Source of the DNA: a virus
Lineage: Duplodnaviria > Caudoviricetes
Virus record (IMG/VR): IMGVR_UViG_3300029288_000077
Location: 119,766-183,765 of that record
Length of the DNA stretch: 64,000 bases
Strand: one strand, 5' to 3'
This document shows positions 56,909 to 64,000 of the stretch, piece by piece. The notes under the pieces are model-generated. The model was not told the DNA's origin and ran no database searches. It saw only the letters and a list, made by a program, of their open reading frames with translations. A program made the translations under genes and the position numbers. Each line of letters begins with the position of its first letter. The first letter of the stretch is position 1.

Positions 56909-58875
56909 TGTTGGCAGACTTTTCATTACTAGAGCTATGGATTGATGGGTTTATAGGATATGGTACTGTTCGTCTTGACTTGTCGAAGGAAGGTGTGACC
57001 TACATACGTGGTAAAACCGGGTCTGGTAAGTCTACTATACCAGAGGCCATTTTTTATTTGCTGTTCGGAGATACGCTTCGTGAGAGTACTTCTGTGCAGG
57101 ATTTGGAGAATAAATATGTAGGTGGTGGGTATGAAATCGGATTGAAGTATAAAAAAGGAAAGCATACTTATCAAGTGTGTGAGATCCGCAATAGAGGAAA
57201 GAAAGACGGATTGTACTTTGCTGAAGATGCAGAATTAGATTTTGGTGTGAGAGATGACGTAAAGTCTGTAAAAAAGAAGATACTTGAGTCCGTTGGTATG
57301 ACCAAAGAGGAGTTTTGTGCCAAGGCGTTTATAGGACAAAATCAGTCGTATGCACTGATAAAAGGCACTCCAGAGAAAAGAGCGAAGACGCTTGTAAAGA
57401 TGTTTTCGCTAGATAAGTACGATTCCCCCATTTCTGAGATAGATGCACACGTAAAACAGTTGAAATCGAAAGTACTTGACATTGACAAGGACTTGGTTGG
57501 GGTGCGGGGTAAAATAGCCGAATTGAGTTCTGTACTAAGTTCCTTGGAGAAGCCGCAGGAAGTAGTTAGTGAAAGTGCTGATGAGCTGGAAGGAAAACTA
57601 GAGAAGATAAAGGCAAAAATCAAAAAAATTAGGCAGATGGAGTCGGACAACACCAAGAAGATTGGAGACATAAATTTCGCAGACAAGGTAAGAAATAATT
57701 GTGAAAAGATGCAGGAAGAGGTAAAGCTATTAAAGGGCAGTTTGAACGAATTTTCTGGGTTGCCTGAATTGTCTGTTGTTGATAAAGAAATTTTGAAGAT
57801 TGATAAACAGGTGGCTGCTATAGAGCATGAATTGCAGTCCATCAATGTGTCTATTAGGAAGCTTGATAATCTAAATCCATTGTGTCCAGTTAACAATAAA
57901 GACTGTCCTGTGAATGTGCCCGCTGAGTACCGTGATTCGAATCTGAAAGACTTGAATTGCAGACAATCTGAATTGAACAAACAGAAGGGTGAACTTGAAA
58001 AGGGCAGGGAAGAAAAAAGTAAAATAAAGTCGAAGGCTAGATCTAAGGAAGAGATCACTACTAAGATTAGGATAAAGATGGGTGAGATTGATAAGTATTC
58101 TGATGTGGAACTACCAGAAAAGACCAAAGAGGAATTAGAGGCAGAAATCAAAAAGTGTTATGAAGCCATTGAAGAAGGTGATGAAAAAGCACATGAAATA
58201 GAAGAGAAAATTAGAGCTATTAGAACTTACCAAGAGTTGGTAACTTCCTATGAAAAATCCACAAAAACAGCCACAGAACGCATTCAGAGATGCGAAGAAG
58301 ACACAAAACGTCTGGAGTCTGAGAAAGCGGATTTGGGTGTTGCCATAGGTTATGCGTCTTTGTCATTGTCAGCATTCAAGTTACTTAGGTCGTATAAGAT
58401 AGACTTGGTGATTGATAATCTGAATGCCAATCTGCAGAGAAACTTAGACAGGATTTTTGAAGGAGACATAAAGGCGTCATTTAAATCCAAGGACGAATCT
58501 TCTGATAGTAAACGAATGATTGAAAGAGTAACCATGGATTTTATGAAGTCTTCGTCTATGACACCTATACCTATCGGTATGGTGTCTGGTGGGCAAGAGG
58601 CATACGTTACTGTGGCTTTGATTTTGGCCATTCGAGAGACTGTGGAATCTTTGCACGGCGACAAATTATCATTTATGTTCCTGGATGAAGTGTTTGGACC
58701 AGTGAGTGATGATATGGTAAATTCAGTATTTGAGTCTATGGCAGCCATTTGCAGGGATGTGGGCATAAGTTCCTTGAAAGTGATTTCCCACAAAAACATA
58801 GATGAATCGCTGTGTGATCACATTTGGGATGTGTCATCAGACGGGGAAATATCATCGTTGGTGGAGACTAAATGA
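56905..58875 (+). CDS. SbcC/Rad50/gp46-like ATPase
   Basis: GKTGSGKST, Q-loop, long coiled coil, VSGGQ, FLDEVFG and VISH. Confidence 0.93.
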   Translation: MMLADFSLLELWIDGFIGYGTVRLDLSKEGVTYIRGKTGSGKSTIPEAIFYLLFGDTLRESTSVQDLENKYVGGGYEIGLKYKKGKHTYQVCEIRNRGKKDGLYFAEDAELDFGVRDDVKSVKKKILESVGMTKEEFCAKAFIGQNQSYALIKGTPEKRAKTLVKMFSLDKYDSPISEIDAHVKQLKSKVLDIDKDLVGVRGKIAELSSVLSSLEKPQEVVSESADELEGKLEKIKAKIKKIRQMESDNTKKIGDINFADKVRNNCEKMQEEVKLLKGSLNEFSGLPELSVVDKEILKIDKQVAAIEHELQSINVSIRKLDNLNPLCPVNNKDCPVNVPAEYRDSNLKDLNCRQSELNKQKGELEKGREEKSKIKSKARSKEEITTKIRIKMGEIDKYSDVELPEKTKEELEAEIKKCYEAIEEGDEKAHEIEEKIRAIRTYQELVTSYEKSTKTATERIQRCEEDTKRLESEKADLGVAIGYASLSLSAFKLLRSYKIDLVIDNLNANLQRNLDRIFEGDIKASFKSKDESSDSKRMIERVTMDFMKSSSMTPIPIGMVSGGQEAYVTVALILAIRETVESLHGDKLSFMFLDEVFGPVSDDMVNSVFESMAAICRDVGISSLKVISHKNIDESLCDHIWDVSSDGEISSLVETK

Positions 58876-61289
58876 CAAAGCTAAATCAAGCAGCCATAGA
58901 TGTACTGAAACGTGACTATCTTCACGGTGATGAGACACCGGAAGATATGTTTAGGCGGGTCGCCAGGACAGCAGCCATCCCGAATTTTGTTGATGGTGTG
59001 TTGAAGAGATGCAGAAAGTCGCCTGCTTCAGAAAATGCAGATGATCTGATTGAAACACTGTCGCGTGTTGGTTTTCAGTTAAAAAACGGAGCAGAGATTT
59101 ACAAATTGGTGATGAAAAGGAGGGGCGTAGACTATCATAAATACACATCTTTTCTGAGAAACCGAAAAATGTTTGAGGAGTTACTGAATACATTTAATGA
59201 ACAGGTAGATATGTATTATGCGCTTATGAGTGAATTGACTTTTATGCCTGCTACGCCTACACTAATAAACGCCGATTATAATGGTATGCTTTCAAGCTGT
59301 TTCTTTATGCGAATTGAAGACTCAATAGAAGACATATTTGAAAAGATAAAGAAAGCAGCCATCATTTTGAAGTGTGGTGGCGGTGTTGGTTTTGATATGA
59401 GTCTTATACGACCTGCTGGGTCTGTGGTGTCCAGTAGTGGGGGAAAAGCTACAGGTGTAGTTTCCTACATGAAAATTATTAATGCTATGGGCGAGCAAAT
59501 AAATCAAGCTGGTATTAGAAAAGCTGCTATGATGGCCATTTTGGATGTTTCACACCCAGACATCTGTGATTTTATACGATGCAAAAAAGTGGAAGGTGAT
59601 TTGTCGAATTTTAATGTTTCTGTTATGATTAACAATAAATATATGAGTCGTTTGATAAATAATAAGGAATCACCAGTTATATTAAAGTTTGCTGACCAGC
59701 AATACTATATAATCATGAAAGGGATAGGTAAATCTGCAGAGTACATAAAGGTGCCGATTAATGATGTTGATACTATTGACACCGATGATAGGAAGTGTCT
59801 GAAATACGGTGATTTATGGAAAATGATCGTCGAAAGTGCTTGGGACAATGGCGAGCCTGGTATCATATTTGAAGATCAACTGGAGAAGTCAGATGTGTTT
59901 GACGGAAAATATGGCAAGCTTGGTGTAAATCCGTGTGGGGAGATCCCTCTATTATCATTTGCAAGTTGCAATTTAGCTTCTATTAACCTAAATTCTACCA
60001 GGTTTGGATCTGATGGTGTGTTTGATTATGAAGAGTTCAAAAAAGTGGTGTGGGTTGGTGTGCGTTTTCTTGATAATGTGATTGATGTAAATAAATATCC
60101 GTTACCAGAAATAGAAGAAGTTACGTTGCGTGGTAGGCAAATAGGTTTGGGAGTTATGGGCTTACATGATCTTATGCTAAGACTTGGTATAAAGTATGGT
60201 TCTGAGAAGTCTCTAGAACTGGTGTCCAATATCTATAAGGTGATGCAAGAAGCATCGTTATGTACTTCAGAAAAGCTGTATGAACAACGCGGTGCTCCTA
60301 CGGAATTGATTGAAGCTCTGTCAAGTAAGGGTGTGAAGCTAAGGAGAAACTCTAATCTTTTGTCGGTTCAACCAACTGGATCGACTGCATGGATTTGTAA
60401 CCAAGCATCGAGTTCCATAGAGCCGGTATTTAAATTTTTATACATTCGAAGAGACTCGCATGGTGAGCACGAAGTAAAACATCATATAGTAAGAGATGAT
60501 GGAAAACTGCCGGAGTTTGCGGTCACTGCACTTGATATAACCGCAAAAGAGCATGTTGACGTACAAGCAGAAGTGAATAAGTATGTGGACAACAGTGTTT
60601 CCAAGACTATCAATATGCAAGAGACATCCTCTGTTGAGGATGTTAGTGAAGCGCTTATTTATGCGTTCAAGAGAGGGTGCAGATCTGTTACTGTGTATAG
60701 GAGCGGAAGCAGAAAAAACGAAGTATTGATAAATGGTAGTAAAAAAGAAGACAAAGAAACAAAGGTGATACACAAAGATAGAGATCCGAGGAAGCGACCG
60801 CGTGTTTTGTTTGGTGCCACATTCAGTGTAAATACTCCTTCTGGTAGATGTTTTATTACTATCAATGAAGACAAACATGGTGTGCGCGAGATGTTTGCGC
60901 ATTCTCATAAAGCAGGAAGTGAGATAGCAACGCACCTAGAAGCCGAAGGTAGAATGTTTTCAAATTCTATGAAGCACTGGGTGCCATTAGAATCCGTAAT
61001 AGAACACTTATTAGATAATAAATCAACTCCTGTATTTGATAATGGGAGGTTTATTAAGAGCATACCGGATGCAATGGCTAAAACAGTGAAAGAGTATCAG
61101 GATCAATTTCTTGGTTTCTCTGAGTACCTAGAAGCGAGCGGTGAAATTCCTAATATATATTCTGAAAAGATGCAACAGCCTCCTGGCTCTGACTTTAACG
61201 GAGAAATATGCCCAGAATGTGGTGATACACTTTACGCTGTGTCTGGGTGTGAAGAGTGCAAGAGTTGTGGTTACTCTCGGTGTGGATAA
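58872..61289 (+). CDS. nrdJ: Class II (adenosylcobalamin-dependent) ribonucleotide reductase with C-terminal TSCPD/Zn ribbon
   Basis: PATPTL.NA, LSSCF, GGGVG, NPCGE, CNLASINL, QPTGS, SVSKTIN, VTVYR.GSR and CPEC...C..CGYS.C; no adjacent small-subunit gene. Confidence 0.9.
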   Translation: MTKLNQAAIDVLKRDYLHGDETPEDMFRRVARTAAIPNFVDGVLKRCRKSPASENADDLIETLSRVGFQLKNGAEIYKLVMKRRGVDYHKYTSFLRNRKMFEELLNTFNEQVDMYYALMSELTFMPATPTLINADYNGMLSSCFFMRIEDSIEDIFEKIKKAAIILKCGGGVGFDMSLIRPAGSVVSSSGGKATGVVSYMKIINAMGEQINQAGIRKAAMMAILDVSHPDICDFIRCKKVEGDLSNFNVSVMINNKYMSRLINNKESPVILKFADQQYYIIMKGIGKSAEYIKVPINDVDTIDTDDRKCLKYGDLWKMIVESAWDNGEPGIIFEDQLEKSDVFDGKYGKLGVNPCGEIPLLSFASCNLASINLNSTRFGSDGVFDYEEFKKVVWVGVRFLDNVIDVNKYPLPEIEEVTLRGRQIGLGVMGLHDLMLRLGIKYGSEKSLELVSNIYKVMQEASLCTSEKLYEQRGAPTELIEALSSKGVKLRRNSNLLSVQPTGSTAWICNQASSSIEPVFKFLYIRRDSHGEHEVKHHIVRDDGKLPEFAVTALDITAKEHVDVQAEVNKYVDNSVSKTINMQETSSVEDVSEALIYAFKRGCRSVTVYRSGSRKNEVLINGSKKEDKETKVIHKDRDPRKRPRVLFGATFSVNTPSGRCFITINEDKHGVREMFAHSHKAGSEIATHLEAEGRMFSNSMKHWVPLESVIEHLLDNKSTPVFDNGRFIKSIPDAMAKTVKEYQDQFLGFSEYLEASGEIPNIYSEKMQQPPGSDFNGEICPECGDTLYAVSGCEECKSCGYSRCG

Positions 61290-61292
61290 TAG

Positions 61293-61565
61293 ATGAACAT
61301 TGAAGACAACTGTGAAAGCGGCAGAAATTCATTGCCGCTACTGCCGTGTTCAAATAAAACCTGTCCGTGGGTTGTAAATGACATAGAATATAGGAACTGT
61401 TTTTTTGTGTTGTTGCAGCACATCTCTGTGACCCCAGACTATGAAATGAGTATTGAAGACATAGCTAAAATGGAAGGCATTTCTGAACAGGAAGTAGTAG
61501 ATATAATAGAAAAAGCTGAGAAAAAAATTAGGATAAAGCACAAAGTGGAATTATCTAAAATATGA
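61293..61565 (+). CDS. Small Cys-containing protein with a sigma-70 region 4-like HTH
   Basis: 'MSIEDIAKMEGISEQEVVDIIEKAEKKIR'. Confidence 0.7.
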   Translation: MNIEDNCESGRNSLPLLPCSNKTCPWVVNDIEYRNCFFVLLQHISVTPDYEMSIEDIAKMEGISEQEVVDIIEKAEKKIRIKHKVELSKI

Positions 61566-61603
61566 CAGAAATTAATAATCATCAGTAAGGGCATGTTTCA
61601 ATC

Positions 61604-62041
61604 ATGATTGATACAGTTGAACAGCACATAGTCAATGAGACGAAAAGGCTGTTCTTTGAGAATGAATTGCTTATGGATTGGATTAGGTCCTTGAACGGTG
61701 TTCCTAGGTGCGCGGTTTGCGGTAAGCCGGTATATAATGCATCTATTCAACGACTTTTAAGACCGTTTCATTGGGATACCAGAAGATGTTTTGAATTTAA
61801 ACCAAGGAAGATAGTTGCGCTTGAAAAAGAATACGGAATGGATATTGTTGAGATACTGAAACTTACTACTGAGAAGTATGGAAAAATAAAAGCACAATGT
61901 CAAGCACTGAACATTTCTCCGCCCTACTTTTATGATATAGTGAAGAGATACTGTGGAGACGTAGTTGAATTTATGGCAAAACACGCTTCTGGAAGAAGGA
62001 AGCAAGAATACGTTGATAAACTCAAACTCAGGTCTGCATAA
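61604..62041 (+). CDS. Hypothetical Zn-finger/HTH protein
   Basis: CAVCGK; 'QCQALNISPPYFYDIVKR' HTH-like segment. Confidence 0.6.
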   Translation: MIDTVEQHIVNETKRLFFENELLMDWIRSLNGVPRCAVCGKPVYNASIQRLLRPFHWDTRRCFEFKPRKIVALEKEYGMDIVEILKLTTEKYGKIKAQCQALNISPPYFYDIVKRYCGDVVEFMAKHASGRRKQEYVDKLKLRSA

Positions 62042-62259
62042 GCAAGCGGTTTGGTCAGGATACTCCCAGCCATACGTACAGAACATAGTTAGTGGTGGGT
62101 TGAAGGTGCTGAAGTTACTGGGCGCTTTGACGTTTGATGCACAACTTTTGCTGTGGGTAAAAGGTCTTGAAGGGCACTTAAACAGGATGATGGAAAAAGC
62201 CCGTAAGCAAAAAGAGAAAGAGGAGTCATACCGATTCACGGTTTGATAGGAGAGACGTC

Positions 62260-63030
62260 ATGAAGAAAGCGGCTAAGTACAAGAAGTTGGCTTCTGTAAA
62301 CCCGGAAAAGAAGACCCGTGAGGCTGCCAAGGCGCGTGTGTTTGACGGTTTGGCGGAGTTCGCCAAAAATCGCGGGTACCGCGCCGACCTGGTGGTGTCT
62401 GCTGCTTCTAAGAAGCAGGCTAAGATAATCAGTGCTGTGGTCAAGTTTGACAAGCAACTTGGTTTTCCCCACGAAAACGATCTTATGGCACTGGTTGCTT
62501 CTAAGTTCCCAACTCATCAGATTGATTGGGCAACTATAGAGGCAGATACTGAGGGTGACACGCTCAGCCTAAACCTGCAGCCAAAGGCTGATGTGATCCC
62601 GCTCAATAGCGTAAAGGATATACCCAACGAATTTAAGTCTATTGGCTCTGGTATCTTCAAGCGGCGTGCTGTAGCTGCTGGCAACGTTTTCGAGATTTGG
62701 GAGCTGAAGCGCGAGGCTGACGGTCTTTCGCTGGTTCGTAAGATGGATGATGTGGAAACAGACACCGAAAATGACAGTGCGGAAGTGTTTTCCAAGGGTG
62801 ACTTGGTTGAAACTGAGCACGGCGCTGGAAAAATTACTGATTTTGATCCAGTTGGTAATGCTATTGTTCAGGTTGGTTCACATAAGCGAATTGTAGCACA
62901 AGAAGATATGAAAAAGTATGAGCCTAAAAAGGATCAGAAGGCGCTGTTAGAGTACTACACCTCCTTGTATGGTGCTGAGTTCGCACAGGGGCTCATAAAA
63001 GACTTTTCTGATCCTGTAATGAAGAAGTAA
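62260..63030 (+). CDS. Hypothetical protein
   Basis: 256-aa ORF with AGGAGA SD; starts a new gene block. Confidence 0.75.
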   Translation: MKKAAKYKKLASVNPEKKTREAAKARVFDGLAEFAKNRGYRADLVVSAASKKQAKIISAVVKFDKQLGFPHENDLMALVASKFPTHQIDWATIEADTEGDTLSLNLQPKADVIPLNSVKDIPNEFKSIGSGIFKRRAVAAGNVFEIWELKREADGLSLVRKMDDVETDTENDSAEVFSKGDLVETEHGAGKITDFDPVGNAIVQVGSHKRIVAQEDMKKYEPKKDQKALLEYYTSLYGAEFAQGLIKDFSDPVMKK

Positions 63031-63041
63031 TCGAGGTTGAC

Positions 63042-63494
63042 ATGGGCAAGGTACTTTCTAACTATGAGTTTGCGGTGGTGGCTTCCAAGCAATCACCGTG
63101 GATGGCAGCAAAAGCCAAAAAGAGATTGGTGAGTGCCGTAAAGGGTTTCGTATCTCGTTCTGACCTGAATGTGATTTTGGCCGAGTGCGTGGCCTGTAAC
63201 AAACCAGAAGATGCTAAGTGGATTCGGGCAGTCATGTCTGCCTATGATTCAGGGAAGTTATCTAACCTGCGTCAGGACAAGGGTGACTGGGTGACCCACC
63301 TAGCACACGTCCGGGTGCTTTCTGACTCAAAGAAGATACCTTTCGGGCTTCGGGAAATGGTGATGGTTAAGGACACCGGGATGGTGGGTCAGGTGATGGA
63401 TTACTTAGTTGACAAGGATGAGTATGTGGTGGTATTGAATCCGTTTGAAATCAAACAGCTTCCTGCCAGCGCGCTGCTGAAGTCAAATAAATGA
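63042..63494 (+). CDS. Hypothetical protein with an SH3/KOW-like C-terminus
   Basis: 150-aa ORF with GAGGT SD. Confidence 0.7.
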   Translation: MGKVLSNYEFAVVASKQSPWMAAKAKKRLVSAVKGFVSRSDLNVILAECVACNKPEDAKWIRAVMSAYDSGKLSNLRQDKGDWVTHLAHVRVLSDSKKIPFGLREMVMVKDTGMVGQVMDYLVDKDEYVVVLNPFEIKQLPASALLKSNK

Positions 63495-63503
63495 GGTCTG
63501 CTT

Positions 63504-64000
63504 TTGCGTGTGTTTGCCAAACAGGTTGTAGATGAAGACTTAGAATATCGTCCTGTCTTTACACCCAAAACAGGATCTGCAAATGTAGCCAAGCATATAA
63601 AATTTTCCTATTTGAAAGAAAAAGTAGCAGAGTTTGTGGGGGATTTGCTGGGTGAAGTGGAAGGATTAAGGATAGCAGGTCACGTTCGTGTTTGTGACGT
63701 GCACGGTTTTGAAAGCACCAGCGACTTTTATCATGCGAATGGTTTTGCTAAGATATCTTCTATTGTGTTTTCTGCGTCTGGTGTGCGTTCCATACTTGAG
63801 TTATATGTACCCATTTACAAGGGTGTGTTGCTAAAACCCTCTATTATGACCATAAACGGAAAGAGGCGGGTGTTTTCCAGATCTGAGTTGGAGTACTATC
63901 TAACTTCTTCAGAGACAGTGTTGTGTCAATTGGATGGGCAGTTTACTAGTCGCCCAGCCATTTCCCACAAGAGCAATGATCGTACAAATATGTTTGGATC
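63504..64000 (+). CDS. Hypothetical protein, truncated by the window end
   Basis: TTG start after GAGGT; frame open to position 64000. Confidence 0.6.
   Translation, partial: MRVFAKQVVDEDLEYRPVFTPKTGSANVAKHIKFSYLKEKVAEFVGDLLGEVEGLRIAGHVRVCDVHGFESTSDFYHANGFAKISSIVFSASGVRSILELYVPIYKGVLLKPSIMTINGKRRVFSRSELEYYLTSSETVLCQLDGQFTSRPAISHKSNDRTNMFG

Overview
The window looks like part of a large, probably lytic, contractile-tailed dsDNA phage genome that uses the standard genetic code. It has five zones. (1) 1-11.6 kb: baseplate, beta-helix and tail-fibre genes, with one inverted DHH phosphoesterase. (2) 11.6-25.8 kb: a minus-strand early/accessory region built from six copies of a near-consensus sigma70 promoter, five with a shared upstream operator-like repeat. 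It carries a RavA/ViaA-like AAA+/VWA pair (the AAA+ holds a class 3 intein), a DUF3150/DUF6744-like gene, a P22 gp17-like anti-exclusion protein, tRNA-Lys(UUU), a 3'-half tRNA-Glu, an HNH nuclease, a tnpB element, a type IIG-like R-M fusion and a J-domain protein. (3) 25.9-26.3 kb: a non-coding switch point with about ten GGYNRCC repeats and two perfect hairpins, a candidate origin. (4) 26.3-42.2 kb: a soluble glycan-synthesis island with 9 glycosyltransferase genes, RmlB, DegT, WbqC, an acetyltransferase, methyltransferases and a radical SAM protein, with RuvC embedded. (5) 42.2-64 kb: replication and recombination genes (SF2 helicase, DnaC, DnaB, primase Zn finger, UDG-PolA fusion, second tnpB element, RecA, SSB, SbcD, LAGLIDADG nuclease, PurZ-like synthetase, SbcC, class II RNR). 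Best candidates for new biology: a divergent PurZ/PurZ0-type enzyme sitting with a homing endonuclease between sbcD and sbcC; the large membrane-free glycosylation island; and the promoter-cassette array with direct evidence of shuffling. All family assignments come from motif recognition by eye. No database searches were run.
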